Assembly (NCBI GenBank): GCA_965217115.1
Contig: OZ244239.1
Span: 576,001 to 640,000 of the forward strand
DNA: 64,000 nucleotides
From: Bdellovibrionales bacterium
GTDB taxonomy: Bacteria > Bdellovibrionota > Bdellovibrionia > Bdellovibrionales > CAYMLA01
Direction of reading: 5' to 3'
Part shown: positions 8,660-19,210 of the stretch, piece by piece
Position numbering within the stretch: the first letter of the stretch is position 1
Layout: every line of letters begins with the position of its first letter
The notes under the pieces: generated by a model
What the model was told of the DNA's origin: nothing
The model's input: the letters and a program-made list of their open reading frames with translations, nothing else
The model's database searches: none
Program-made: the position numbers and the translations under genes

Positions 8660-8840
8660 ACAAACAAGAAAGGGCAACATACGCCCATATGCAAAACAGG
8701 TCAATATGACTTCACAAACACGTAAAGTCCCTGACGCTCGCCGTAATTACCTTTTGTCAGTGCCAAGAAGACTAAATCCGTGCATTCTCTCGACGGTTAA
8801 ATAAACGACTCAAAAACCAGTGGAAAAAGGTCTCTTACAC

Positions 8841-9848
8841 ATGCAACTGCAAACTCCCTATAGAACAAAAATATCTGGTCATGGATCATGTCTTCCCGAG
8901 AGAATTCTGAGTAATCAGGATCTGGAAAAAATGATCGATACCACCGATCAATGGATCACTGAACGCACTGGGATCAGAGAAAGACGTATCATCTCTGAAG
9001 AGGACTCCCTCAGTGGCATGGGGTTCGAAGCAACAAAGGTCGCCCTGAAAAATGCCAATATGGAAGCCAGTGAAATAGACATGATCCTCTTTGCCACAGT
9101 CACCGCAGAACAGGTCATGCCCAGCACGGCTTGCATTCTCCAAAAAAAATTAGAAGCCCTCGGACTCCGTAAGGTGATGTCCTTTGATCTCATCGCCGCC
9201 TGCTCAGGGTTTGTCTACGGCCTAACCGTCGCCGATCAATTTATCCGCACTGGAATGTATAAAAATATTTTAGTCGTCGGTGGAGAGACTCTCAGTCGAT
9301 ACATAGACTATCAAGACCGCTCCACTTGCATTCTCTTTGGGGATGGTGCGGGGGCATTCATCGTCTCACGGGCTGATAGTGATGACTCAAACCTTATTCT
9401 CAGCGCTGATATTCAAGCCGATGGGTCCCTGGGACACCTTCTCGAATTGCCCAACTCACGCCCAAAAATTCCCCTAAAAACCCATGAACACTTTCCCATG
9501 GACTATGTGAACATGAACGGTCGAGAGATTTTTAAGCACGCCGTGCGCATGATGAGCCATAGCGCCCTCAAAGTGCTCGACGACTGTCAACTCAGCTTAA
9601 CTGATGTCGACTGGCTCATCCCCCATCAAGCCAACCAAAGAATTATCGAAGCCATCGGCAAGAAATTAGAACTCCCCAGCGATAAGATCATCTCCACCAT
9701 CGCCAAAACTGCCAACACCTCGGCTGGATCAATTCCCATCGCTTTTGATCTCGCTTGCCAGGATGGACGCATCCAACGGGGGCAGATAGTTCTTCTCGCC
9801 GCCTTCGGTGGAGGATTTACAAGTGGCAGTGTCCTATTAAAATTCTAA
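8841..9848 (+). CDS. fabH: 3-oxoacyl-ACP synthase III
   Basis: AACSGF, LFGDGAGA, PHQAN, NTSAGS, FGGG motifs; alternative start 8820. Confidence 0.97.
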   Translation: MQLQTPYRTKISGHGSCLPERILSNQDLEKMIDTTDQWITERTGIRERRIISEEDSLSGMGFEATKVALKNANMEASEIDMILFATVTAEQVMPSTACILQKKLEALGLRKVMSFDLIAACSGFVYGLTVADQFIRTGMYKNILVVGGETLSRYIDYQDRSTCILFGDGAGAFIVSRADSDDSNLILSADIQADGSLGHLLELPNSRPKIPLKTHEHFPMDYVNMNGREIFKHAVRMMSHSALKVLDDCQLSLTDVDWLIPHQANQRIIEAIGKKLELPSDKIISTIAKTANTSAGSIPIAFDLACQDGRIQRGQIVLLAAFGGGFTSGSVLLKF

Positions 9849-9888
9849 TCTAATATCACCCCTTTGATCTGCAATAAGGAGAGTTAAA

Positions 9889-10848
9889 ATGCAAGCGGCT
9901 CTATTTCCAGGACAGGGAAGTCAGAAAACTGGCATGGGAAAATTTCTTTACGATAATTTCCAACAGGCAAAAGACACTTTCGAAGAAGCCAACGACACCC
10001 TCAAACAGGATTTTAAAAAACTCTGCTTTGACGGGCCATTGGACCAACTCTCCCTCACACAAAACACCCAGCCCGCCCTGCTCCTGGTCTCAACAGCCAC
10101 CCACAGAGTGATCAACTCCCTCATGCCCCTCCCCCTCACTGCTGTTGCAGGGCACTCCATTGGTGAATACGCCGCCGTTGTCGCCGCCAAGGGCCTCAGC
10201 TTCTCCGAAGCCCTCGTTGCCGTACGCAAAAGGGGCCTGGCCATGCAGGAAGCTGTGCCCGTAGGAGAGGGCTCCATGCTCGCAGTCCTGGGGCTTGGAG
10301 AGGACCAGGTCAGACAACTCTGCCAGTGGACCATGGAAAACTCCGGGGAAAAGCCCCTGGAACCCGCCAACTTCAATGCCCCTGGACAAATCGTTATCAG
10401 CGGTTCAACCAGAGCTGTTAAGTGGCTCAAAGAAAATTTTAGCCCTGATCTCTTTTCTGAAAAGCCGAGACAAGCTAAGTTAATCCCTCTCAACGTCTCA
10501 GCTCCATTTCACTGCTCACTGATGAAACCAGCACAGGAGACCATGGACCGTGTTCTGGCTGAATTAAACTTCAATGACACTGAGTGTCCAGTCGTGCAAA
10601 ACACCGATGCCCAGCCTCGGCAAAGCGCCTCAGACATACGCAATCACCTCGTCTCTCAGGTCTCCTCTCCCGTGCAATGGATAAAGTGCATCGAAAAAAT
10701 GAAAGAGCTTGGAATTCAGCGTTTTATTGAAATGGGCACAGGAAAAGTCCTCTCAGGGCTTGTAAAAAAAATTGACTCAGAGAGCTTCACAACATTCAAT
10801 GTAAACTCATTAGAAGATATAACAGAACTAGAAAAAACAACGACTTAG
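9889..10848 (+). CDS. fabD: malonyl-CoA:ACP transacylase
   Basis: FPGQGSQ, GHSIGE, VSAPFHC. Confidence 0.97.
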   Translation: MQAALFPGQGSQKTGMGKFLYDNFQQAKDTFEEANDTLKQDFKKLCFDGPLDQLSLTQNTQPALLLVSTATHRVINSLMPLPLTAVAGHSIGEYAAVVAAKGLSFSEALVAVRKRGLAMQEAVPVGEGSMLAVLGLGEDQVRQLCQWTMENSGEKPLEPANFNAPGQIVISGSTRAVKWLKENFSPDLFSEKPRQAKLIPLNVSAPFHCSLMKPAQETMDRVLAELNFNDTECPVVQNTDAQPRQSASDIRNHLVSQVSSPVQWIKCIEKMKELGIQRFIEMGTGKVLSGLVKKIDSESFTTFNVNSLEDITELEKTTT

Positions 10849-10861
10849 AAAGTATTTGAAA

Positions 10862-11605
10862 ATGACAAGATTGAGAGACAAGAAAATTATAGTCACTGGC
10901 GGAAGTCGCGGAATCGGAGCTGCCATTGTTCAGTCCATCGCCCAACAGGGAGGACAGGTCGCCTTCTCATACGCCTCCCGTGAAGAGGCTGCCCAAGAAG
11001 TTCTGCAAAATCTTCCAGGAGAAGGACATTTTCATTTTCCCATGGATATTTCTGACGAAACTTCAGTTTTAGAGTCCATCAAAAAAACAATCGAAAGACT
11101 CGGCGGCCTCTACGGCTTAGTCAACAACGCCGGTATCACCTGTGATCAACTTCTTCTACGAATGAAAACAGAGGATTTTGACAAGGTGGTTAACACAAAT
11201 CTCCGTGGAGCCTTTCTCTGCACAAAATCAGTTATGAAAACTCTTATGCGTGCCAAAGGAAGTTCCATTGTGAATATAACAAGCGTGATTGGCCTCACCG
11301 GAAACCCTGGGCAAGCCAACTACGCCGCCAGCAAAGCCGGAGTTGTTGCCTTCAGTAAATCCATTGCACAGGAGGTCGCCTCTCGAAAAGTTCGAGTCAA
11401 TTGCGTCGCCCCTGGATTTATTCAAACAGATATGACAAATCAACTGACCGATGGGCAACAACAGGAAATTAAAAATAGTATTCCTTCACAGGAATTAGGT
11501 ACAACTGAAGATGTCGCTAACGCCACAGTGTTTCTACTCAGTGACGAGAGCAAATACATCACAGGACATACTCTCAATGTTAATGGTGGAATGTTAATGG
11601 TTTAA
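10862..11605 (+). CDS. fabG: 3-oxoacyl-ACP reductase
   Basis: [19 protein letters not shown]; fab operon position. Confidence 0.96.
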   Translation: MTRLRDKKIIVTGGSRGIGAAIVQSIAQQGGQVAFSYASREEAAQEVLQNLPGEGHFHFPMDISDETSVLESIKKTIERLGGLYGLVNNAGITCDQLLLRMKTEDFDKVVNTNLRGAFLCTKSVMKTLMRAKGSSIVNITSVIGLTGNPGQANYAASKAGVVAFSKSIAQEVASRKVRVNCVAPGFIQTDMTNQLTDGQQQEIKNSIPSQELGTTEDVANATVFLLSDESKYITGHTLNVNGGMLMV

Positions 11606-11646
11606 AAAACAATTTTATATTTTTAATAAAACACGGAGGATTAAAA

Positions 11647-11880
11647 ATGGCAGACTTTACAAAAATCAAAGAACTCATCGTCGAACAACTAGGTGTCGAA
11701 GCTGATAAGGTAAAACCTGAGGCTTCCTTCATTGATGACCTGGGTGCCGACAGCCTAGATATCGTCGAACTCATTATGGCCATCGAAGAGGAGTTTGACC
11801 TTGAAGTTCCTGACGAAGAAGCAGAAAAATTAAAAACTGTTCAAGACGTTATCTCCTACCTAGAGTCAAAAGATAAGTGA
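11647..11880 (+). CDS. acpP: acyl carrier protein
   Basis: [11 protein letters not shown]. Confidence 0.98.
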   Translation: MADFTKIKELIVEQLGVEADKVKPEASFIDDLGADSLDIVELIMAIEEEFDLEVPDEEAEKLKTVQDVISYLESKDK

Positions 11881-11920
11881 TCACTTTTTGTCATAGGCAC
11901 AAAATGGAGCAAGCATAAAT

Positions 11921-13198
11921 ATGGCTATCAAAGAACTCTCATACTCCCGCCCTGATAAAAAGCAGCGGCGGGTTGTCGTCACCGGAATTGGAGCGCTCAC
12001 TCCAGTCGGTCTAACAGCTCAGTCATCATGGCAAGCTGTTCTCGATAAAAAAAGTGGCATTGATAAAATCTCACACTTTGATACCAGTCAATACACTGTA
12101 CAGATTGCTGGTGAAGTTAAAGGGTTTGATCCCAATAAATTTATCTCTAGCAAAGAGCAAAAAAAAATGGGCCGCTTCATTCAATTATCCCTCGCCACCG
12201 CACAAATGGCCATGGAAGATGCTCGCCTAGAAATAAAGGATGACCATCAAGCTCGGCGCACTGGTTCTATTATAGGAGTCGGCATCGGTGGACTTCCTCA
12301 TATTGAAGTACAACATAGGAGACTTCTTGAAAAAGGGCCTGAGAAGGTCTCCCCTTTTTTCATTCCCATGGTGATTAGTAATTTAGCTTCTGGCCACATC
12401 AGCATTAAATACAATGCCAAATCTATAAACTATTCCATCAGCTCTGCCTGCTCATCTGGCAACCATGCCATTGGAGAAGCCGCGCAGTACATACGCGACC
12501 ATCGAGCCGATGTTATGATCGCTGGTGGCTCCGAAGCCTCTGTCACCCCCATGGCCATTGCTGGTTTTAACTCCATGAGAGCATTGTCCCGTAACAACGA
12601 TTCTCCCAAGAGTGCCAGTTGTCCATTTGACCAAAGAAGAAATGGTTTTGTCCTCTCTGAAGGAGCGGCGACTTTAATATTAGAAGACCTGGATCACGCC
12701 CAAAAACGGGGGGCCACCATCTACGCTGAGGTTTCAGGATATGGGTTCTCGTCCGACGCTTATCACATAAGCAGCCCATCAAGAGATGGCAGTGGCGCCA
12801 GCGCATCCATAGAGGGAGCTCTTAACGATGCCATGTTAACAAGTCAGGATATCTCCTACATCAATGCCCACGGCACAAGCACGCCCGTTGGAGACTCCAT
12901 TGAGTGCAAAGCTATTAATAATGTCTTCAAAGATCACCCCGTTCTTGTGAGTAGCACCAAAGGAGCCACCGGCCATCTACTAGGTGCAGCTGGAGCTATC
13001 GAAAGTATTTTCTCTATCATGACAATCAAAGATCAAATAGCTCCACCCACAACAAACTTAGAGAACATTGGCGAAGGATGTGATGTTCAACATATTATTG
13101 GTGAACCAAAATCTGGAAACTTCGATCACGTCCTCAGCAATAGTTTTGGTTTTGGCGGAACAAATTCTTCGCTTATTTTTTCCAAAGTTGCAACCTAA
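11921..13198 (+). CDS. fabF: 3-oxoacyl-ACP synthase II
   Basis: RRVVVTGIG, SACSSG, NAHGTST, GHLLGAAG, NSFGFGGTN. Confidence 0.97.
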   Translation: MAIKELSYSRPDKKQRRVVVTGIGALTPVGLTAQSSWQAVLDKKSGIDKISHFDTSQYTVQIAGEVKGFDPNKFISSKEQKKMGRFIQLSLATAQMAMEDARLEIKDDHQARRTGSIIGVGIGGLPHIEVQHRRLLEKGPEKVSPFFIPMVISNLASGHISIKYNAKSINYSISSACSSGNHAIGEAAQYIRDHRADVMIAGGSEASVTPMAIAGFNSMRALSRNNDSPKSASCPFDQRRNGFVLSEGAATLILEDLDHAQKRGATIYAEVSGYGFSSDAYHISSPSRDGSGASASIEGALNDAMLTSQDISYINAHGTSTPVGDSIECKAINNVFKDHPVLVSSTKGATGHLLGAAGAIESIFSIMTIKDQIAPPTTNLENIGEGCDVQHIIGEPKSGNFDHVLSNSFGFGGTNSSLIFSKVAT

Positions 13199-13215
13199 GA
13201 AAAGGACTTTATAAA

Positions 13216-13677
13216 ATGTCTGATGAAATTTCCTCTAAAACAACTATTCTCTTAGCGAGCGATCACGCTGGTTTTCCCTTAAAAGAAAAAATCAAAAAGC
13301 ATTTACTTCAAAGTGGGAAGAACATCAAAGACATGGGACCTTCAACAGAAGATCGAGTCGATTATCCTGATTTTGCCAATCTCGTTGCAGAAAAAATACA
13401 AAATGAAGATCAAAGCGATATCTTCATTGGAATTCTTGTCTGTGGATCAGGGCAGGGAATGTCTATGAGAGCTAATAAATTCTCAAAAATCAGAGCCGCT
13501 CTCTGCTACAATGAAGAGTCTTGTCTGTTATCACGCCAACATAACAACAGCAATATTCTGTGTCTTGGAGAACGATTAATTGATTACAGTCTCGCTATTG
13601 AGTTAGTTGATTTATTTTTAAAGACTCCCTTCGAAGGTGGTCGTCACAGTGATCGTGTCAGTAAAATTTGTATGTGA
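13216..13677 (+). CDS. rpiB: ribose-5-phosphate isomerase B
   Basis: SDHAG, DYPD, CGSGQG, HNNSNIL, FEGGRH. Confidence 0.95.
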   Translation: MSDEISSKTTILLASDHAGFPLKEKIKKHLLQSGKNIKDMGPSTEDRVDYPDFANLVAEKIQNEDQSDIFIGILVCGSGQGMSMRANKFSKIRAALCYNEESCLLSRQHNNSNILCLGERLIDYSLAIELVDLFLKTPFEGGRHSDRVSKICM

Positions 13678-13685
13678 GGTTCATA

Positions 13686-14924
13686 ATGTTAAAAAATGCC
13701 GACCCAATTATCCATCAATCCATTGAAGAGGAACTTCAAAGGCAAGAGTATGGACTGGAGATGATTGCCTCCGAAAATTATGTCTCCCCCGCAGTTCTGG
13801 AAGCCCAGGGCTCTATTCTTACCAATAAATACGCCGAGGGATATCCAGGCAAGAGATACTACGGCGGCTGTCATGTGGTTGATCAAATCGAGCAGCTCGC
13901 GATCGACAGAGCCAAGGAACTCTTTGGGGCCGAACACGCCAATGTTCAACCCCACTCAGGAAGCCAAGCAAACATGGCTGTCTATATGGCCGCCCTCTCC
14001 CCCGGTGACAAAGTCATGGGCATGGACCTGTCTAATGGTGGGCACCTCACCCATGGTTCACCAGTGAACTTTTCAGGAACATTATACAATGTTATCTCCT
14101 ACAAGTTAGATCCTCAAACTCAGAGAATCAATTACGATCAAATGCACTCCCTCGCACAGGAGCATCAACCAAAAATGATCATTGCAGGTTACAGTGCCTA
14201 CCCACGCTCTCTAGAGTTTTCTAAGTTCAGAGAAATTGCCGACTCTATCGGAGCTAAACTCCTCGTAGACATGGCCCACTTCTCTGGTTTGGTTGCTGGT
14301 GGTGTCCATGAGTCCCCTATTCCCTATGCCGACTTTGTGACATCCACAACCCATAAAACCCTACGTGGCCCACGGGGAGGCTTGATTCTCTGTAAGGAAG
14401 AATACGCTAAAAAAGTTAATTCTAAAATTTTTCCCGGTATTCAGGGCGGTCCCCTGGAACACATTATCGCTGCCAAGGCCGTCGCTTTCGGCGAAGCTCT
14501 AAAACCCTCATTCAAAACCTACGTTGAGCAAGTTGTCAAAAATTGCCAAACCTTGGCTAAAGAACTCATGGCGAACGATCTAAAACTTGTTACAGACGGA
14601 ACTGATAACCACCTTATCCTCATTGATCTCTCTTCGACAGAGGTCACGGGTAAACTGGCCGAGAATGCTCTCGATGAAGCTGGTATCACTGTCAATAAAA
14701 ACACCGTGCCCAATGAACAGCGCAGCCCTTTCGTAACGAGTGGCATTCGCATCGGTACAGCGGCATTAACAACCAGGGGAATGAAAGAAGAAGAGATGAA
14801 AACCATCGCAAAATGGCTCATCGCCGTCATTGCTGACCCTGAAAATAAATCTCATCTCAAGAAGATAAAACAAGATGTTAAAAAAATGTGTCTTAATTTT
14901 CCATTGTACATAAAATCTTCTTAA
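13686..14924 (+). CDS. glyA: serine hydroxymethyltransferase
   Basis: [24 protein letters not shown]. Confidence 0.98.
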   Translation: MLKNADPIIHQSIEEELQRQEYGLEMIASENYVSPAVLEAQGSILTNKYAEGYPGKRYYGGCHVVDQIEQLAIDRAKELFGAEHANVQPHSGSQANMAVYMAALSPGDKVMGMDLSNGGHLTHGSPVNFSGTLYNVISYKLDPQTQRINYDQMHSLAQEHQPKMIIAGYSAYPRSLEFSKFREIADSIGAKLLVDMAHFSGLVAGGVHESPIPYADFVTSTTHKTLRGPRGGLILCKEEYAKKVNSKIFPGIQGGPLEHIIAAKAVAFGEALKPSFKTYVEQVVKNCQTLAKELMANDLKLVTDGTDNHLILIDLSSTEVTGKLAENALDEAGITVNKNTVPNEQRSPFVTSGIRIGTAALTTRGMKEEEMKTIAKWLIAVIADPENKSHLKKIKQDVKKMCLNFPLYIKSS

Positions 14925-14943
14925 AACTTTTACAGGCGCTCCT

Positions 14944-15441
14944 ATGAGTTATCTCTCTACACACTCTTATAAAAAATCACATTTTATTTTCTTGATACTC
15001 ACAGGGTTTCTGATCCTTAGTAGCTGTTCAACTCCGCCTCGTATAAGACAGTTGAAAAAAAAAACCTCCCGTAAACATTATTTTGACTGGCCTGTCGATC
15101 GCGCCCGTTTAACGCAAAAATTCAAACTCTACTCCCACCTGGGAATTGATCTCGCCTTTAAAACAGGAACTCCTATCTACGCAGCACACGATGGTATCGT
15201 TATATACGCAAACTCTGGGTTTTCTGGATTTGGAAAATTAATCATCATCGAGGGAGAAAACAATAACCTGGCCACATTCTACGGCCATTTAAATAAAATT
15301 CGCGTCCAACAAGGGCAGCGAGTCTCTCAGGGCAATCGCATCGGTGATATGGGAAGCACAGGCCGTTCTAGTGGCACCCACCTTCATTTTGAAATTCGTA
15401 AGAACAAACGATCTCAGGACCCTCTCAAGTATCTTCCATAA
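14944..15441 (+). CDS. M23 family metallopeptidase, lipoprotein
   Basis: LSSC lipobox; HLGID, YGHL and HLHFEIR motifs. Confidence 0.9.
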   Translation: MSYLSTHSYKKSHFIFLILTGFLILSSCSTPPRIRQLKKKTSRKHYFDWPVDRARLTQKFKLYSHLGIDLAFKTGTPIYAAHDGIVIYANSGFSGFGKLIIIEGENNNLATFYGHLNKIRVQQGQRVSQGNRIGDMGSTGRSSGTHLHFEIRKNKRSQDPLKYLP

Positions 15442-15457
15442 TAGATATTAAGATGGC

Positions 15458-16363
15458 CTAATCCTTCTCCGCCATTTTATTTACAGCTAGCATAGATTCA
15501 CGGATCTGCTCAGCCATGCTGCCCACCGCGTTCGCTGAATAAGGAAGTAGCAACGTATTTGTTTTAGAATTTTTTGTCACATCCTGAACCGTATCATAAT
15601 GCTGAGTCATCAAAAGCAAAGTCATCACTTCAGATTGCTCCGCCCCTGTTTGTGAAATCGTCTCCATTGCTTCCCTAATACCACCAGCAATTTCCAAACG
15701 CTGGGCCGCTAAACCAACCCCCTGTAACCGCTTGCTCTCCGCCTCTCCCTCAGCCTCTTTGACTCGCTTAATCTTAGACGCTTCGGCCTCATTCTCTGCA
15801 GCGACCTTGTCCCTTTCAGTGGCATTAATGCGGTTCATCGAATCTTTGACATCCTTATCTGGTTGAATGTCCGTCACCAAAGATTTTGCAATGGAAAAAC
15901 CGTATTCATCCATCGATTCAGATAGACTGTCCTTAATTGCTAGAGCCACGGCATCTTTATTGGCAAAAACATCATCCAAAGTCATCTTAGGAATCTCTGA
16001 TCTCACAACATCAAAAATATAGGCCTCAATCTGTGTTTCAGGAGATTCCAACTTGTAATAGGACTCTTCAATCTTATCAGACAAAACGAAAAATTGAACA
16101 GACACATTCGTAAGAACAAACACATTATCTAACGTTTTTGTCTCTACCTCTACATCCAATTGTCGAATACGCATGTTTTGAAAAAACACAATTCTATCAA
16201 TGAATGGGATCTTTAATTGCAACCCTGGATTAGCAACTCGTTCAAATTTCCCTAATCTCTCTATGATAGCTGCTGTTTTTTGACGAACTACAAAAAAACC
16301 ATCATAAATCACATACAGGGCAACTGCCATTACTACATAAAAAAAAGATCCTTCCATAATCAA
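15458..16363 (-). CDS. SPFH/band 7 family protein
   Basis: N-terminal TM, ERLGKF, ETKTLDNV, C-terminal coiled coil. Confidence 0.92.
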   Translation of the reverse strand: MIMEGSFFYVVMAVALYVIYDGFFVVRQKTAAIIERLGKFERVANPGLQLKIPFIDRIVFFQNMRIRQLDVEVETKTLDNVFVLTNVSVQFFVLSDKIEESYYKLESPETQIEAYIFDVVRSEIPKMTLDDVFANKDAVALAIKDSLSESMDEYGFSIAKSLVTDIQPDKDVKDSMNRINATERDKVAAENEAEASKIKRVKEAEGEAESKRLQGVGLAAQRLEIAGGIREAMETISQTGAEQSEVMTLLLMTQHYDTVQDVTKNSKTNTLLLPYSANAVGSMAEQIRESMLAVNKMAEKD

Positions 16364-16402
16364 ACTCCCGTTGGGTTAGGAATACACTGACATTAAATCG
16401 AT

Positions 16403-16615
16403 TTATTTTTTCTTATGATGTTTGCATTCACCTTTTTTATGGCTCCTACATTCTCTTTTTTTCTTTATTGAACAACTTTTCTTTTTGCAAACCCCTTTAT
16501 GGGAGCAACTAGCCTTGCCGTGATGACCACGCTTACCGTGATGTCCGTGACCTCCATGATGAGCACAGCTCGCTAGTAGAAAAATAAAACTTAATGCAAT
16601 CATCATTGTCTTCAT
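16403..16615 (-). CDS. small His/Cys/Lys-rich lipoprotein
   Basis: GGAG RBS, lipobox LASC, mature part with 11 His, 6 Cys, 15 Lys. Confidence 0.8.
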   Translation of the reverse strand: MKTMMIALSFIFLLASCAHHGGHGHHGKRGHHGKASCSHKGVCKKKSCSIKKKRECRSHKKGECKHHKKK

Positions 16616-16798
16616 CTAAAACTCCCTTTTTTAAATTGTTATTTATAAATTCGGTGCCAAATTATAAGGACCTCTAGCCTCTTTCTACAATCTTTTTTAT
16701 TGATTTTTCACTGCTCTGTACCAAATACTGAAACCAACCCCCAGTGAGCCCTTGATTTCACATCTCGCCTATCATAAGCTCGCCACAGATAATGCTGC

Positions 16799-16875
16799 GC
16801 AGCCGTAGTTCAACTGGATAGAGCACCAGACTTCGAATCTGGGGGTTGCAGGTTCGAGTCCTGCCGGCTGCACCA
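16799..16875 (+). tRNA. tRNA-Arg (TCG)
   Basis: GCAGCCG/CGGCTGC acceptor stem, CCAGA-CTTCGAA-TCTGG arm, GGTTCGAGTCC, encoded CCA. Confidence 0.97.
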
Positions 16876-16877
16876 TT

Positions 16878-16925
16878 CTGACCTCCTGGGGCTAACCAGG
16901 TCCATTTTTTATGTTAAAATGGACA
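16878..16925 (+). repeat. three-arm palindromic motif, copy 2
   Basis: GACCT-N13-AGGTCCATTTTTTATGTTAAAATGGACA; homolog of 4411-4458. Confidence 0.7.
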
Positions 16926-16965
16926 GGGTGCTGACTGTGTAGATTGGTCTTGCTAGAATAAACAC

Positions 16966-17403
16966 ATGGCTCGAAGTATAAAATTTTTAATAATTATTAT
17001 GTTCATATATTTTTCATGTCTAGCGGAGAAAAATAAGAGCTTAGAAAAGTCATTGCCTGCTAAGCAGGATTTTAGAAATATTTTTAATTTTTTAGGCCGT
17101 GATTTTGGGTGTAGAGCCAAGCATAGTTGGATTGGAATAAAACTGTTATCAAAACACATAATTCTACTCGAAAATGACGGTGACTCAGATACCGAATATT
17201 ATAGAAGCACCTCCTATAAAAAAGGAAAATTAAGTGCTGAAAATTTTCTAGAAGGACATTATGATTATACAACAACAGTTCGTAAGTCATCATCACATCA
17301 ATCAAAAATTGAACTGAAAGGGTACAAAGACCATTTGGAATTAACAGTTTTTAAAAGAAATTCTAAAAATCAAAAAAAACTTATTTGCAAACCAAGACTT
17401 TAA
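16966..17403 (+). CDS. hypothetical exported protein, possible lipoprotein
   Basis: basic plus hydrophobic N-terminus ending YFSC. Confidence 0.7.
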   Translation: MARSIKFLIIIMFIYFSCLAEKNKSLEKSLPAKQDFRNIFNFLGRDFGCRAKHSWIGIKLLSKHIILLENDGDSDTEYYRSTSYKKGKLSAENFLEGHYDYTTTVRKSSSHQSKIELKGYKDHLELTVFKRNSKNQKKLICKPRL

Positions 17404-17406
17404 ACC

Positions 17407-17495
17407 ACTAGGTAGCTGACCAAATATCTGCCCAAAAAGACAATGGAAAAAGGGCCAGTTAAGTAGCTGGCCCTGCGGTTAAAAACCATTCCTTA
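17407..17495 (+). repeat. gene-3'-end structured repeat, copy 1
   Basis: ACTAGGTAG...CCATTCCTTA, 3 differences from copy 2; begins 3 nt after the stop codon. Confidence 0.92.
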
Positions 17496-17624
17496 GAAAG
17501 TGAGTTGAAACTCTCGGTTAATGGAGTTCAGTTTGTCCTTCTGGTCGAAAGTCTAACTAAAATAGAACCTTCCCCCCTCCTAGATATTATATTATAATGT
17601 TCCTGGACAACTAGGAGGTTGTAA

Positions 17625-18419
17625 TTGTTGAGACTTAGAAATTTTTTGGTTTTTTTTATTCTTTGTTTTTTATCTCTATTTTTATTTGGAGAAAGTAAGT
17701 CCGAGGTTCTTGGGCGAGTTCTAAATCTGAACTCGTGGGATATTGGCTCTGGTTTTACTTTTGACTCAAAAGGAGGAGTTCTATTTGATAGTGCTTTGTG
17801 GACTAAAAATGGTTCGACTTATACATCAAGAAAAGAGCCAAAGGGAGTCACTTTGAAGGAGAATGGGAATAGAATAGAAATCACTCGCTATGACGACTCT
17901 AATTATGGAAACTTTTTTAAGGACGCTTCTATAACGGTGATTTTAAATAATAAGGTTTCTTCACACACTGAAGTAAGTTTTGGAGGAGCTTATACCGTTA
18001 CTCCTCTTCTTTGTCTAACTATGGCTAAAAAGGTTGGAGCAAAAAATTTTGATGATTTAAAAGAAAAAGGTCAACACTGCGGTAAGTTAGTTGATACAAT
18101 TGTTTCTAGTATATTTAATGATACTGCATTAGAACTATACACTCGTGATATTCAGAAATCTAACCTTAAGAGGATGAAGTCTTCATCTGAGACATTATCT
18201 AAAATTGTTACTGACCGGACAGAGCGTGCTGGAAACTGGATTTTTGACAGTAAGCCTCGAGAAGGTAGATTTTTTAATAAATCCTTAGGAGGAAATGCAG
18301 GGAGAGCAGCTTCGGCGGTGTCTGAGGCTGTAGATGTCTGTAGAGCACTTTTCCCAAATTCTTTATTAAGGCCTTCTAATACAACGACTGTCCCCAATAA
18401 AAAGTCGGCTGTCAATTAG
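17625..18419 (+). CDS. hypothetical exported protein
   Basis: AGGAGG RBS, signal peptide, 264 aa. Confidence 0.8.
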   Translation: MLRLRNFLVFFILCFLSLFLFGESKSEVLGRVLNLNSWDIGSGFTFDSKGGVLFDSALWTKNGSTYTSRKEPKGVTLKENGNRIEITRYDDSNYGNFFKDASITVILNNKVSSHTEVSFGGAYTVTPLLCLTMAKKVGAKNFDDLKEKGQHCGKLVDTIVSSIFNDTALELYTRDIQKSNLKRMKSSSETLSKIVTDRTERAGNWIFDSKPREGRFFNKSLGGNAGRAASAVSEAVDVCRALFPNSLLRPSNTTTVPNKKSAVN

Positions 18420-18437
18420 GTGGCCTGAGCCCTGTTG

Positions 18438-18525
18438 ACTAGGTAGATGACCAATATCTGCCCAAAAAGACAATGGGAAAAGGGCCAGTTAAGTAGCTGG
18501 CCCTGCGGTTAAAAACCATTCCTTA
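18438..18525 (+). repeat. gene-3'-end structured repeat, copy 2
   Basis: near-identical to 17407-17495. Confidence 0.92.
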
Positions 18526-18530
18526 AAAAA

Positions 18531-19043
18531 GGTTCTTTGTGATAAATATTGGTGGAGCCAGTTTTTTTCTGATGAGCCGTTTTTTTTCTAGAGTATCTCC
18601 CAAAAGACTCTAGCCCTCTTCTTGCTCAAACATCCGTTTGTCACCTTCCATTGCAGAGAAATGCAATGGAAGTCGCCAAGCCAAACTCGCCGAAAAGAAC
18701 TGGACTCTTTTGGAAGATACCCTAGAAAAAAATGCCGTATTCAATCAATGAGTCAATGGATCTTTAGTGTAATATCAAAGGGAATTGTACAAAAGACTGG
18801 GAAGGCCAAAGTGTTGGTTTAGAAATAGGTCATTTATTCTGAACAAATTCGATCGAAAGTTTGAAACGAATAATAATAAACCTGGGTTGGTTTAGAAAAC
18901 TGAGCTCCATTAACTAGACAGATTTCCTCTATTTCTATGACTGACCTCCATGTATAACAACGCTGTTATCCATGGATAGTTTTAAAAGAGAACCCTCAAG
19001 ATGAGTCTCTTGGGAATAGTTCCACTATTTATCACAAAGAACC
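18531..19043. mobile_element. MITE-like nested-hairpin element, copy 2, with about 240 bp internal insert
   Basis: terminal GGTTCTTTGTGATAAATA / TATTTATCACAAAGAACC perfect 18-bp inverted repeat; body homologous to 1211-1459. Confidence 0.85.
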
Positions 19044-19140
19044 AAACATTACTTAAAAAATCAAATTTTTACAAGAATTGTCACTGTTAACTTTTTAAAC
19101 AGAATATCTTAGTTAACTGCCTGTAACTACTATTTGAGAT

Positions 19141-19156
19141 TGGCAGTCATCTTGCT
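19141..19156 (+). promoter_or_regulatory. sigma54 -24/-12 promoter candidate
   Basis: TGGCAGTCATCTTGCT (GG-N10-GC) upstream of ATG 19211. Confidence 0.6.
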
Positions 19157-19210
19157 TTAAATAGCACTGATAAGCTGAATTTTTATTCACAAAACTGTAG
19201 GGTTACCGCT

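Noticed and set aside
8886..14830. Antisense and alternate-frame ORFs within fab/glyA and other core genes
   Set aside because: Shadow frames of well-supported genes
16892..16919. TTATGTTAAAA as the XerD arm of a dif site
   Set aside because: The sequence 6 bp upstream (CTAACCAGGTC) does not resemble a XerC arm
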